Origin: Stylophora pistillata
Lineage: Eukaryota
DNA length: 64,000 bases
Reading direction: 5' to 3'
Assembly (NCBI RefSeq): GCF_002571385.2
Contig: NW_019218088.1
Coordinates: 215,218 to 279,217, forward strand
Within the stretch, counting starts at the first letter, position 1; every line of letters starts with the position of its first letter. Of the stretch, positions 43,901 through 58,070 are shown one piece after another. The notes below the pieces were generated by a model. That model was given only the letters and a program-made list of their open reading frames with translations. It had not been told where the DNA came from and did no database searches. The position numbers and the translations under genes are program-made.

Positions 43901-46900
43901 GATTCCCTTTTCTGTCGCCGACTAAATCTTGTGTCAGCTGAAAAACAATTCCACCGCAATAGATTCTAAGGTTGTTGAAGGAACTACTTCACAAGTATAC
44001 CCACTAATTTACGGAGGTAAGTGCAAAGCGATGTCTTAATGTGACACCGTATCATCGTATGCTATTCAAAGTTGTACGTCCGAGAAAATTCACGGTGAGT
44101 TTGATGTTTTGCGCTAGGCAACCATGGCCATAGTTCATCGTGTACATGTCTAAAAGGCGTGATTTAGACGTATTAAACTACCAATTGATAAGTCTAGAAA
44201 TTTCATTGTCCTTTTAAAATAATGATGCGATAAAAGAGATAAGGTTTGGATGGAATGATAACAAAAGGGGCCCAAATAAGTCTATTCGGTGTCGTATTTT
44301 ACAAACCCCTTGGGCCAGTTTATGGTCTTGCGATATTGTCCTTCAGAACAATGGATCGTGGGCCCTGAAATATGTTGTGGTTTACAAACAATAATCGGCA
44401 ACTAACGATCTTCTTTACGCGTCGTTGGAGAAAAATAAACGCTATCATCGCGCTTGCTATTAGCATCACAATGTAATATTTACGCGATGCTGTTTACTTT
44501 GTCATATCCGGTCAAAAGTGGGGGCGAAAACGGTTTATGCAATCGACATTTATAATTGCTATGAAATTGCGGGAAAACCGACTGAAGAACATCGTAAAGG
44601 TATTTTGATCTTTAAATTTACGTTACTGCTTCTAAGTATTACTCTAAGTGGTGTTTAAATACACCAGTTGAGGTACTTTTCGATCAGATAACAATAACAA
44701 TATAAGCTAGGGGTCACATGATAAAAAGATTAATTAGGAGAAAGGTTTAGCACGGACCATGAAAAATCGACGGACGCGTTCTTGTCAAGTTAAAGTTAAG
44801 ACTGCCAAACTCGTAGAAAGCGTTTATATTGTGCTCCTAATGAGAATGTTAGCGTTAATCTTGAGCATAACATTCACTTTAGGTGGCAAAGGGCGAAACT
44901 ATCATGTTTGTCTAAAAACCGGATTATGTTAAAATATGTCAATTGATGAAGCATCTCAGTCATGTCTCGCAACAAAGATTCTATGCCTTAGTAAACACTT
45001 CTTAAACAGGCAAATCTCGTTAAATGTTGCTTCGGTTAACAGACTCTCCACTTGAGATTTATAATCCGGAAGACTGCCACAACTGGAGCTCCATGGGGTG
45101 CGATCCCGGACTAAAAAAAAATTAGCAAAAGTACATTAGAGGGATCAGGGACGTCACTAAAACAAAACCGGCAAACCTACTTGAGCGTTAATCATTCCAA
45201 GAGTTTTAATTTGTGGTTGACGAATTCATTGTACCCAGCTTTGATCGGCAGAGAATAACTTCAGTACCCTGCTATTTTTGTGTTTCTTTGGGTTTGTATG
45301 GTTTGTCCAAAACTATTATTTTATGCTTTAATTATACTGGGGTCCACAATCGCGATCTCTTTGCATAACAAATGCTTTTTATGCCGGGCATACGCTCGAT
45401 CGATTTCACTTGTCACGCGTTCGATAAATAGGGAGTGTTAAATCTTTCTCTGTAAATAGTTCAAGGTCGCGAGAGAAATTCTGCTCTCTGTTGAAAAACA
45501 TTAAAAGGACCAGGCAAATTTTTCATCTGCAAAAACTACGTAGTGCATCATGGAAAATTGAGGTAAATTCATCGTTTTCCAAGCTTGTCGATTCTTAACG
45601 AGTTCCTTCTTGTTGTATATTAATACCTCCGAAAGGCTTCCTGTGGTTGAAGGAATCAAATATTTTTATTGCTCTCGATTTCAAGTTGTATGTAGTCTTG
45701 TTACAAATAAGCTTGTCTACACGGAAGGTAAGGGAACTCACGTGCGAAACATAATGAACGTTGGATATCATCTTTCACTATAAGCTTATTTAATTCAGTG
45801 ACTTTTACCCGAAAAGATTTAGTTTAAAGAGGGTTTAAAAACTGTGACCGGTCACTGGATGTGCGGTCGCTCTTGCTCTGCAGAGAAATCATGCATGGAT
45901 TATCACGGCGATGAAAATAAACAACATCACCAACCAGGACCCCCAAACAAAACAAAAACAAGTAAACAACAGATAACAGCAGACAAACATGTTTAATTTT
46001 TTTTCCTTTAGACAAATTTCTTATTAACATCTTGAAAAATCGCGTGCGTTTACTAGCTTCCGATATTCTCCCGCAATATCCGATGAACTCCACATATTAA
46101 ATCTGATATTGACCATCCAAATCTGCTCGATCAGTACTGGAATACTTGACGAGAGAGAACAAAGAGTCTTTTTGGAAATGAAATTGATTTTTGCAATGAA
46201 TATCACGGGAAAGAATCACGTTCTTTACCCTTTCTTCGTTAGCTATAGTTCGTCTTCAAGTATTTGCCCATTGTTGTAGCAAAGGAAAATTTCCTGTACT
46301 GCGTGTTGGTCTTTTTCCATAAGAGTTTTCTGTTTTGTTTTTTTTTTTTGTTTTTGTTTTACATTTAAGAAGGTTACCAAACGCCAACTTAAAAAGGCGG
46401 CCTTTTCCTCTGTCCTCAAAGCCTAGCAAATCACGTTTAATTGATACACTTTATTTTGAATGAAATTTCAAATAACGAAACAGGAATTTTCGTCAATGGA
46501 CGAATTAGGTTAAAATTTACTACCTCGAGCTGTCACCTTAGGGGTCAGTTTGGACATAGCTTGTCCTAACAAGTGTATACAAGTCATTTGTTGTAAACTT
46601 ACAAATATCATGATCCAATCTCTTTAAACGGTAATTAGATGTAGCAACATAGAGTCTACTGTTTGGCGAACAATTGTTTCTTTTGTCAGCCACTTATGGA
46701 GTACAACCAATAAACATAATTTGGATTTACAGAATTGCTTCGCTTCAAATCTGTATACCAATAAAATGATTTAAACTCATAATTTCTGCGACGCCCTTCA
46801 ACATCAGTCTAATTTGATAATAATCACGCTAGAAACAGAAAGTTTGATCTTTTCCGCACTTGCCCAAAGCACGTTAACTCTGAAACACTGTCGACCCCAG

Positions 46901-49105
46901 ACATCCCAACAATTTATTTTTTTCTCGTGATATTCCGGCCATTGGCAGAAAGTGTCCATTTTCTAAAACGGGAGAAAAAATTGAGAAAAACTGCCATTTT
47001 AACGGACAAATATTTATAAATGTACTTATATTGATTGTCTTACAGCTCCTTTGACTTCCGTAACACTTTGTTGAAGCTGGTACGTGCCTTTATATCTCTC
47101 CCAAGTATTCATCATTTCCATTTATATCGTCTCACTCGGAAATTCGATCTTATCACGGAACTAAAAGTTGTTAGGAGTGTAAGTTTTTTCGTGGTTAAGA
47201 AAGAAGTATTCATTTTTTTCCTTTACGCATAAAATAGCACTTCCAAATGGCGCCATACGTCTCTGCAATTTAAATTTTTTTTCGAATACTGCTTTGATTA
47301 CGTCTGGATGGGGGCATTGAAAAGGTTCAAGGGCAAATTTTCTTAACGGCCGAGTGATGATTTGACGCATCAGGACCCCCGCCTCCGCACGAAATCTCTT
47401 GCGGGCGTTCTAGTTTGCAACAGAGTCTTCAACTCTAACTAACACTTTGAAGATGGGGGCATTTGAAAAGCGCAAACTAAAAACAATCAAGAATCAACTT
47501 TTTAAGATCGAAATTTGTTTCGAAACGTTTAACATGGACAGTCGATGATTGATAGTCTGAAGTGTGCGATAAATGATTGTTCTAAATGACGCATGAAGGT
47601 TTGAGAAATGGGAAATCATGTGTTTGAATTATATCTTGTGGTTTCTGGCTTAAGTGCAAAGATTCTCAGACAAGATGTTAATTGCAGTCGAAGCATTTGC
47701 TTCTGTGGGATAGACATTTTAACCGCTCTGACCAAAACTTGCACAAAAAAAACCCGGATAACCCGAAGAACTTTGAGGGATCTCTAAGGTACATAACCTC
47801 TTTTTATTACTTATATTTTATTCTCACGTGAACCTCAGTTTAAAGATAAAATCTAGATACTTTTTTTTGTATGAATTCTAGCTTCATTTTTACAATTAAC
47901 ACTTTGAATTTTTTTTGATAGCGCGCAATTCCGTATCATTTGGATGTTGTTTTATACTTCACAATATTGTAAAGTTTCCGTGACGCAAGCTCTAAGAAGC
48001 GAAATCGGCTCAAATAGTTCTCCTTTTGTTCTTTCTGTTTGGCAAGCACGTCTCGTGTTTTAGTTATAGTGGCTAAAGTTTTTACACTGAAGGATTACAC
48101 AAAAACAAACATCCTTAGGTCATTTTGAATCTCGCGATGGCATCTGTTGAACACGGTTAGCTTTGATGTTCTTCTATTCTCAGTTGTGATTTATCTATTC
48201 TTAGTCAGATCTCTTTTCTGAGCTTCTTTGCAGCATGCTTAAAGTGTAGGTAAAAGGTGCTATTAAAGAGAATTTCGATAGATCTTTTTCTGTAAAGTCA
48301 TTGATATCCCCAGATTATCGCAAGCTTTAAATTAATGCGCGTGTTTTATCAGAGATGTGGCCTATCAAGTAGTACGGCCTGTAACATTACCTTTCGTCTC
48401 GCACGATCACAAAGAGCGACAGAAACACTCGGATATCTATTTTAAGGTGCACTATGAAAAAACACAATATTGCAGTTTAATTTGAGTCAGCGTGCAAATT
48501 GGTTTTTGTCCTGTCTCTGCGTTAAAGGCTAACATCGGGAGTCCTCGCACATTCGGCACGAACTATTTCGAACTAAGCATCACTTGCTGGTATTGGGTCT
48601 ACTTAGTTAAAAGGGTGAGATATGGATCAATGCCCATCTCTACATAGATTATTTTTGCTGTTCACCGGCCATTTTAGCGATGTTAGTGGTAGTAAAATCT
48701 TTCTTTGTCCCGCTTTGCGACGAAACCCCACTTGGTGGGACAAGCATGAGCTTTCGCTGGGGGAAAGGAAAAAACCTGCGTTTGATTTGCTATTGTTCAA
48801 AAAGGCCGGCTGGATTTTTCTCTTCTGGTTTAAAGGAAATCTTTGATTAGTAGCCAGCCAACAATCGAAGTTACATCTTGGTTTGAAGTAGTCGTATTTT
48901 GATATGAAACATTGAACATCCTTGCTTTTGACAGCGGACATTTAATAGCCCGTTTAGGCGATTTCGTTACAACGATACCTGGTTTAGACTACTTTACATT
49001 GCAAGCCTCGACATGTGACAGCTTGCGGTGATTAACATATGAATCATATTTTAGCTTGCGAAAAAAAATGTTAATAATCCTCTTCTTCTCTGGCAGTCTC
49101 ACAGG

Positions 49106-52100
49106 ATGACAAGTATTTATGACAACACCGTTTGCGAAGTGAAAATACAGATGCCTATTCCTGGTAATCCATTTCCAAGAAGTTCCAGACGAGGAAATTA
49201 TCGGGTAAGGACCAAAGCGCACCCTTTCCGCCACACAGATTGGGAAGAGCTACTAAAGAGAGAGTGGAATAAAAGGGCACCTCCCCTCTCGCCGCTGGAA
49301 TGGAGGGAGAAGCACGCTAGAAATACGAACGCTGAGGATTACTGTGAGTTTCTCATGGGAAGGAGATGTGGCAGAAGGCGCAGGTTGCTTTTCCGAAGTG
49401 GCTATTACTTAACAATTCAACCGGATGGGAGCGTCAAAGGAACAAAGCAGAAAGATTGCCCTTACGGTAGGTTAACGTAATGTTATGTAGCTTTGCGTGC
49501 ACCTAAAAAAAAAGAAAAGCGCAATTGATTGATTAGGAAGGCCGTGGAAAGGACTATTCTCTGTAACGACGACTGACGTTTGGACAACTTGAGCGGATGT
49601 CAACATTAGACGGATCGTATTTGACCAAATATACATTTGACACAAGCTGCTTTGGTCTTGCAGCCAACAACAAAACGTACGGAAAATTTGAGCGATAAAC
49701 AAATTTGACATTCGAATGTAATCAATATTTACATTCGACTGACAAAAAGCGTTCTCACTAAGCGACCAGTCGTTATTTATTATTGGGGGAGGGGGGACCG
49801 GAGGGGATTTGGAGGATCTGGGGGGATTCACATAGTTTTCAGGGGGAACTTAGGGAGGATCATTCGTCGCTAATAGACAGAGTATTGAAGGAGGTACATT
49901 GAAAATTGACTGCCAATTAAATGCTGTTGAAGGGTGATCATGAAAACCTTATAGAGCCTTAGGGAGAGAGGGGCGGGGGAAAAGGGTAAAGTCTGTTTAC
50001 GAGCCAAGTGGCCCATCAGGCCGGTGCATAACTCCGGTTTCTGTCGCATAAAGCGACTAGGAGTGTTTCCACTCCCCCCTGGATGGGATGCAAGTCCATC
50101 GCGGGGTCACCCCCCTGCATTAAATTCGTCGGTACTCATTAAATACCTGGGCGAAGAGGCACTGTGCAAGTAAAGTGTCTTGCCTATGGGGAGGGGGGAG
50201 GGGGGAGGCCAGGTAAATTATTATCGTGACACAACGAAACCCCTCCCCCCCTCTCCAAGCCCCAGGAGATACATAATGACTGGTCGCTTAGATAGTCGAA
50301 ATATACAGCCATCACTAACACCGACAAGTATGCTTTCCATCTCACCCTCATAATTTGCTGCACGATCGATTGTTGTACTTGGATACAAACCATTGTAAAA
50401 CTTCCAGTAAAATGTTTTTCAATGGTTTGTATCAATGTATTTTTTTAAGCATGTTATCGCAGCTGCTGACAAATACCTTTTGGGGTAAGGCTTCTTTTAA
50501 AGCCGGAAACGAATTCAGATTACCGCAATGTCAACATTCGTCAACATCAGACCGAGGTCGCTTAGTTCTACCTTACCTGATGGTCTTTTTGTCCCCTTGG
50601 GAGAACCCAGTGGAGACCAGTTATTTTTAATATCCTGGGGAGAAGGAGCAGAGGAATTTGTTTGCGTCACGATAAAGTTCTCTTGATCCCCCATAAGGCG
50701 CTGCAATATTTTTAAGGTACTCTCCCTCATTGGTAGTTAGTTGCCCCCCCTTTCATATTCTGGTGATGACTACGGATCGCCCTCCGCTCCCTTAAAAAAC
50801 ATTTGTTCCTTACCCCCCCCCCGAATTCTTCGACTCCCTCCCCACCTCCCAGCGACAGATATAGGCTGGTTCCTTAATTCCAACTCTCTTTGTAGTTGTG
50901 GACCTGATTCGTTCCCAGTCGTCTATCCTGGTCTCTAGAAGAGCGAGGGAACTGGGATTGAGTCCTATTGGGCTTCCTTTACCTCTTTAGTCGACAGGAG
51001 ACGTGTCAGTTGGTTCGTAAAATGTTCAGAATGCACCATGAGGTTTTGTCGTAGGTTTTTGTTAAGTATCCTTAAACTCGCGGTTCTGATAGACTTCATC
51101 ATAAAATTTAATTTTTCATTGCATGATCAATCTCTCCAGCTACTAAGGTTAATTCCCATGCTATGTTACCTTTTCCCCGAATCTAAATTAAATGATAAAT
51201 TTCCCAACTGGCGTATTTTCTTCCCTTTGACAGCGATTGTAGAAATCTGCTCAGTGGGAGCTGGCTTAGTGAAAATCGCAGGAGTAGAGACGGAGTTCTT
51301 TCTTACAATCGATGATTCTGGAACTCTACGTGCCACGGTGAGTCTAGAAATAAAACGTGGATCTCATGCGAATTTAATTTGGCATTGCACGCACCTAAAT
51401 TACGCGACGTCTCTTAGTAGTGTAGATATATCTTATTAAACGTTTTGTTGTGTTGTATCGCTGAGCATTTTTACGAGTTGTGCTCTATTTTGACGAGTAA
51501 AAATACTCAGTGATACGACACAACAAAACGTCTGATTAGTTATTTATCATCCAACACGACAAATTGTTATTTCAGCGCAGGCGAATTTCTTAGATATCTA
51601 TTACTAAGAGTGCGTGACAGAAGTATGCAAAGCGGAACGGAATTGGCGCGTTGTCATGTTGCTATTTTCTTCAATAAATAATGAAATGTCATTTTCGTCT
51701 AATTGCTTTTCTTCTTTCGGTCTATCTGATAAACTTAGATTAATATTCGCCAGCCACTCACACCCTTCGTCGTGAAAAAAATAATTTAAATTGTCAGCCA
51801 TTTTTTTTGTAACTTCAATCCAATTCGTCGCTTGCGCGATGCGAGAAAACCTGTCTAACCGGTTCTCTGGAGTAACAATATCGCGTGATGTTTGTACTCG
51901 TCTTGGGTGTTATTTGTACTCCATGGAGTTTAGTTGGATAATTAATGTATTTACCCGAAAGAATACAAGAGCCTGAACTAAAACCGCGTTTGGTTAGTTC
52001 ATGTTGTACAGCGCCGCACTTCTACGATGTAGATAGATAAGTACTGAAATAAATGCATGCAGAGCAACCATTTGACTTTCATTATTATCCATTTTCAAAC

Positions 52101-52573
52101 AGGACGCTGACAGTGAGGAATGCGTTTTTGAGGAAGTGATGGTGAAGGATTTTTATAGCGCTTACAAATCATACGCATATTCAAACGAACATTGGACGGT
52201 AGCAATCAACGACAAGGATGGAAGAGCGTATTCTGCTCGTTGCCAAGGACTTATTGATTCAGATCTTGAGGCGCATTCATTACCTGAGATGATGCCTGAT
52301 AGCGACGCATCTTCGGACGAGGAGTCGACATCGGAAACCCGAACATCACTCGAGGTTGACTCGGATACATCACGCTTTATCGGACTGGATGCATCACGCT
52401 TTCTAGAGCATCAAACTTCGCGCCTCTTTGATCTTCTCAATTTTGATCTTGAAGCGTGTTTAATGGCTGAGTTACAAGAAGACGAGGGTCATGCTGTTGT
52501 GTTTCCCGATAATGATGCTGACATTGGACCATCTCTGTCCGAGATTCTTCGCGAGTTAGGAACCAGTTTATAG
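49106..52573 (+). CDS. Fibroblast growth factor family protein (311 aa), no evident signal peptide, acidic C-terminal extension
   Basis: Exons 49106-49466, 51234-51337 (104 nt, the canonical FGF middle-exon size and phases) and 52103-52573. Core RLLFRSGYYLTIQPDGSVKGT...LVKIAGVETEFFLTIDDSGTL...ECVFEE...YSAYKS...WTVAIN. Confidence 0.9.
49985..50183 (-). mobile_element. SINE fragment nested in a G/C-tract MITE (~49760-50290)
   Basis: gagccaagtggcccatcaggccgg...ccccctggatgggatgc...aaagtgtcttgcc resembles Nin-domain SINEs. Host MITE family also at ~50614-50876, ~52915-53265 and ~55360-55651. Confidence 0.6.
51433..51900 (-). mobile_element. Second copy of the hairpin-ended Crypton-like repeat (FGF intron 2)
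   Basis: Similar to 17572-17918; remnant ORF 51604-51801 MADNLNYF...EEKQLDENDISLFIEENSNMTT. Confidence 0.5.
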
Positions 52574-55500
52574 AGAGCGCAAATAGTTAGCCTTGGAGCG
52601 CGCCCATGACGAGGGAACCCGATCACAATTGATTTTGTTGTTGTTGTTTCTTTTAAGGGGCCAGCTGATACTTTCGGAGTTAGAAGGAGTTTAGATTTTA
52701 AAGCGCGCTCTAGAAAAGAGCAATAATCTTACTGGCCAGTGATATGATGCCTCTAAACTGTCACAACTCATCTGTCATGTCTGCAGAGACTTGGGGTACG
52801 TAGGGATAGGAGTTTTCAAGGATCCTTTCGTATCTTTTCTCTCCTTCGTTTCAACGCGAAACACAGTTGCATTTTGGGGACTTGACTGGGATCGGAGGAT
52901 TTTGATTGTTTCACAGAAATAGTTACTTGATCCTCCTCCAAGGGTCTGTCGCACTCCAATTCTCATGATCTGCCCTTACTGGCAGTAAATTTTTTATAGA
53001 CCCCTCCCCCTTTATAATCTGTTAGCGAGGACTGATCCTCGCGCTCCCACTGGAAAACCATGAGATCCATCCAAAATCCTCCGACCCTCCCATCCCCGGC
53101 GATAATAATGATAATATTTTTGTATAGTTCCCCCCCCCTTTATACTCTGTTAGCGGGGACTATTCCCCCCTGTGTTCTCCCTGAAAACCATGAGTTCCAC
53201 CCAAAATCCTTTGACTCTCCCTACTTCCCCCCCCCCCCCCCCGAGATAATAATGAGTGGTCCTTATAAAGCTCTTTGAGACTAAATGACATGCATCCTGG
53301 GTCAGTTTTTATTGCTCGTGGATTAGATTTTGGAAATATATTCAAAAGCTGGCGCAATAGGGTTATTTTAGGATTCTTGGAACTTTCTTTCTCTTGTGAT
53401 AAAACTGCGCTGTAAACATGCCAAAGGTTTAAATTTCGTGTTTTGCTGAAATATGTTTTATATTTAACACACAAAGTTTTTTCTCAAAGTGTGTCACTCT
53501 CTAAACAAATAACTGTTATGTTATCATTTGAAAGTTTTTGAAAATATTTCTCGATTACCGGTGGGTATTATTTTGAATTAAGAGCTTATTTAAGTTATAA
53601 GAATGCTTTTATCGCAAAGGATTATAATATTTGTAATTTAACTATGTAAATAAATAGGTTTATTTGTGAAATAATAAAAATAGAAGTTTTAAATAATGTC
53701 AGGATCATTTCATTTGGCACTAGGTCCTTTAAAAGTTTATAATTCAAGAAGCTAAGATCTATTAAGTTTCGGCTAAAAACTTCTCCAATTTTCAAAGAAA
53801 AAGAGGAGATTGTTTTAACAATGAGAAGACCGTTTTATTACTTTGCTAAAGAACTGACAAGATAAGTGTTAACAATCCGACTCAATGACAGGAAATGTCA
53901 TCGTAAGTGTTGAGATGGAATGGTTCACACACATGCACACCTTGCAGACCTATTTAGTTTTGGGTGAAGGGGCCGGATCATTTGTGGGGAACTGTCGGGC
54001 TTGAAATATTCCCTTTTACAATTTCAATCATTCGAAATCCCTTATGTCGGCTTTTTTCTTAAAACAAGGTGCGTTTACGAGGTTAAGCGGTGTGTCTCTT
54101 CGGGCTCTGATCTTCTTGATGATTGCTATTTCATAGGCAACCGAGGAATTTACCCTGGTATGGATTTTTTTGACAGTGGAGACCATGAATATGGCAAAAT
54201 TTACAATGGCTTCGGGCTGTTAGTCTTAAAATAAAGGTGCTGAGAACCCAGTCGTTTTTTGAGCCAAAAACTTTAATTTGTCTTTTGATCTTGTCCTGTG
54301 CTTTTCCTTTCCTTCCCTGGATCTTCGGTGACTTTTCAGTATTTTGTCAAGTTTCATTGATACCCCTCTTCCTTCCATCGCTACCAGACGGAGAGAGGCA
54401 ATGCGTGAGTAAAGAACCGTTCAAGAATAGAACACAATCTGCATGCATGGGTAGGGCGTCAACCCGAGAGGCATTACTGGGGTTTAACTCTTTCCCCGCA
54501 AGATCTCATCAGTGATTCTTCTCACTATTGGTCCTTAATTTCGTTTGTGGGTGAGGGTGTCAGTGGGGCAATGGCTTTTACGGTTAAAGGTAAGAGGCTA
54601 TTACTTCACTTACTCCTGCTAATGGTTAAAATTTTGTGCCTTATACAACGAACGATTAACACCATTGAAACCCTCTAGTCTGCTTGGTGGTGCATTGATA
54701 TTGTAAGTGGAAGTTACCCTCTAGTCACTGGGTCTGAATTAGTTCACAGCCGCTTGACACTGGGCCTCGCGTCTTACGAAATAGGTGTGAAACCGATTTT
54801 AAAAATGAAAAAAAGAAATAAGACAATTTCTAGGTCATGCTCTGCGCATTTTGCATTTAAGGCTCGGTCTATTTTCAAACCGACTCAAGTTCCCAGAAGA
54901 CTGATTCCTCAAAGAGGTCGATAGACTTACTAGCGAAAAAAGAGCTGTATGGCCAAGCTATAGTACGCTACATTACATGCATTACCAACTGCTGAATGAG
55001 CCTACGCTGCCCCTCGCAAGTAAAGATCAAGGATTGGACCCGAGACCATAACGAAATCGAACTTGGAGTTGCTCGTTTAATTCCCTCGTTATCTCGGATG
55101 CAGTTTTCGATCGGTTCTGAGAGGAGTGCAAGCTTATCAAATTGTGGCTATTAATCAAGCTTAGCTTGTAGCCATGGACTGCCCATAAATGATTGAAATA
55201 CTGTCGTCACGTTTGATCTCTCAATTGTGTACTCTGAGCAGCAAGTTTTAATCAAATGCAGTAATTAGCGTTCTTTACATACTCAGTGAGATAAACCGGA
55301 ACTAAGGATTTAATCAAAACCGAAACTGTTCCATCTATTGGAAGCAGCTGTCTCTCTTATAGACCCGCCATTATAATTATTATTTAGCCTGGGGGAGTGG
55401 GTCGGGGGATTTTGTTATGTCGCAAAAACATTTACCTGATTCCCTTCCCCTCCTTCAAAGGTTCTGTAGTGTTCTTATGATCATCTCTCATAGGTGGTCA

Positions 55501-55808
55501 CTTGGCAGTCGATTGCCTACAGTGCCTCCCTCACTTTCTACTCTAACATCGACGACTGATTCTCCTCCGTGTTCCCCCTCCCCCTCCTGAAAACCCCGTG
55601 ATCCTCCAAAATCCTAAACTCCCTCCCTCGGCGATAGTGACTGGTCCCTTAACAACGAAATCTTTAAATAGCGTGACTAGTCGTGCGTACTGGTGTTGAG
55701 TTACACAAATTCACTGGCACGAGAAGTGATCGTGACAAGATTTTTATTCATGAATACTTAGATTTTCGTTAGTAAAGAGCTTAATATAGGGAATACCAGA
55801 CACTCGAC

Positions 55809-55820
55809 TGACGTCACGTG
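55809..55820 (+). promoter_or_regulatory. Overlapping CRE and E-box in the proximal promoter of the light-chain gene
   Basis: TGACGTCACGTG about 100 bp upstream of the ATG. Confidence 0.35.
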
Positions 55821-55911
55821 AGTTGCTACTAATTAACGTAAACTTCGAACGGCATTCTTATCTCCGATCGTCACACTAAAGGAGCATCAGAGTTTTACGG
55901 GTGGCGTCAAA

Positions 55912-56370
55912 ATGAGCAAAAAACCAGTCCTGAGGGATGAAGGAATGCTTAAAGATATCTTCCAACTATATGACACAACAGGAGGGGACAAAATTGATGT
56001 GAATCAACTCGGGCAGGTTTTGCGAGCGGCAGGGCTGAATCCAACTCAGAGCGAAGTCCAGAAAGTGGAAAGAGATGTTGGCAAGTCGACCATTTCTTTC
56101 GAGGAATTTTTGCCGATTTACAACTCCGTCGCACAGCACATGACAAGTGTATCGAGCGTGAGTCCTGAACAAGTTGTGGATTGTTTCAAACACTTCGATC
56201 GGGAGGGAAGCGGTAGTATTTCGTCCAGTATGCTACGCCATGTTCTAACTTCGTTGGGCGAGAAACTCACAGATGAAGAATTCGATGCTTTGTCGTCAGG
56301 CCATGTTAGCTCAAAAGGAGAAATCAGTTACGAAGTCTTCATACCCGCCATCATGGCAAACGCTGAGTAA
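55912..56370 (+). CDS. Intronless myosin essential light chain-like EF-hand protein (152 aa)
   Basis: IFQLYDTTGGDKIDVNQLGQVLRAAGLNPTQSEV...ISFEEFLPI...FKHFDREGSGSI...LRHVLTSLGEKLTDEE...ISYEVF; Kozak-like aaaATG; ATTAAA at 56392. Confidence 0.9.
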   Translation: MSKKPVLRDEGMLKDIFQLYDTTGGDKIDVNQLGQVLRAAGLNPTQSEVQKVERDVGKSTISFEEFLPIYNSVAQHMTSVSSVSPEQVVDCFKHFDREGSGSISSSMLRHVLTSLGEKLTDEEFDALSSGHVSSKGEISYEVFIPAIMANAE

Positions 56371-58070
56371 GAGAATATCGAAGTTTGTTTTATTAAAGTG
56401 ATTTGACTTGCGAGTGAAATAGAGTTATTGTCAACTGAGAAACAATATCATTCAGAAATAGTTGAAAGCTTTGACTTGACATGCGATGTTGACCCTTTGA
56501 AACGCGTTGAATTCTATTGCCTTTTAAGTCTCTCTAATTAATCATGAAACTTGTAATCATAAGTAATTTAGCTCTACAGATAACAAACTCCAATCCTAGG
56601 AGAACAAACTACAGGCTTTCTGATGAATCCTATCATTACGAACATAACCGGAGAAAACGAAGTTAAAGTCAAGATTGAGTTGTCAACACTATGACAATAT
56701 TTAGTCATATAGACGCCCCGAGAAGTAAACAAATAGTGTTATATAATGGTCTGATAACACAGAGATAAGGGAATTATGAAACTCGTTTAATTACACTTTT
56801 AGCTTATTTCGTATGATAACATATTATCTTGCTTCCGAACACGTTTGGACAAGTTGTGTTTCATTAGACACACATCAGAAAACGCTCTTCTCAGAATTGA
56901 GTACTATGCAAATTTATAAACATTCAATAATGAGTAATAAATTTAAATGTTGACATTGACCCTATTGTCAATAGATCGCATTTTGAATTCCACACTACCC
57001 AGACTGTTTTATTCATATCATGATATTGCAGATTTCAGTGAAATTTCGTATGGAACACATACAGCACCCTTAGACAATCGACAAATTTTTGTCAGGCAGA
57101 ACGGGGCTGACGTCAATAGCGGTGAATGCTAAACCCGTCGATTACGAAATTGCCGCTTCATTCACCTATCTTTCATGTACATGAAAGGACTGGTGACTAA
57201 TCGGAAGAGTCCAAACCGATCAAGCTCCTCTTTCTTTCGGATCAGTGTCAGCAGTTCAGCAACTGCGCACCCACCCCTCCCTTAGCCCAGCTTTAACCCT
57301 CAATGGTTATCCATTGATTGTTGTTGGGTCAGGGGAGGGGTAAGTACGCAGTTTCTTAGATATTGACAGCACGCTCTTTCCTAATCATCATAATAAAGAA
57401 GCATCAAACTATTAACATTTCTTACATACCTTGCTTGTATTAGTGCACTTAACTGGGTTTCATGCGACTCTTTGATTTGAATTAACTGAAAACACTTGGC
57501 ATTAACGGACCTTTCAATTTATTTCCAATGCCGTGTCACCAAGCCGTATCACTAATTTTAAGCAAGCACATTTATTATTTTCAAAAGTCTTTTTTGTTTC
57601 AATTTTTTTTTGTTTGTTTTTTTTTTTTGCGCCCATGTCTTGTATTAGTACACGACCAAGAGACTTAAAGTAGTTTTAAAAATTTTTTGTTTATGACGGC
57701 CTCGCAAACGCCAAAATATGATAGAAACAAACGAAGTGACACAGGAGGTAAAAGCGAGCGCGTCACCGATGCACTTATGTATTTGTCGCGTCTTTTCATA
57801 GGTTTGGCTACAGGTTGTGTCCTGAAATAAGAGAGCCTATAAATCACACAGCAGAATAGAACTTCAGTGTTGTATCCGCAGTTTGAATCCCACTGATTGA
57901 CACCCTCAAATCTTATCTTGAATAGTATCTCAAAGTCATCACCTAATTGCAATATCCCTTGCTACCAGTAGTACCAACAGGATCCGTTTGATAACACTAC
58001 TTATGTACTGTGGGGTTGTCCTGTATAAATATTTGTCATTGTTATTATTACCATCATTATTATTATTATC

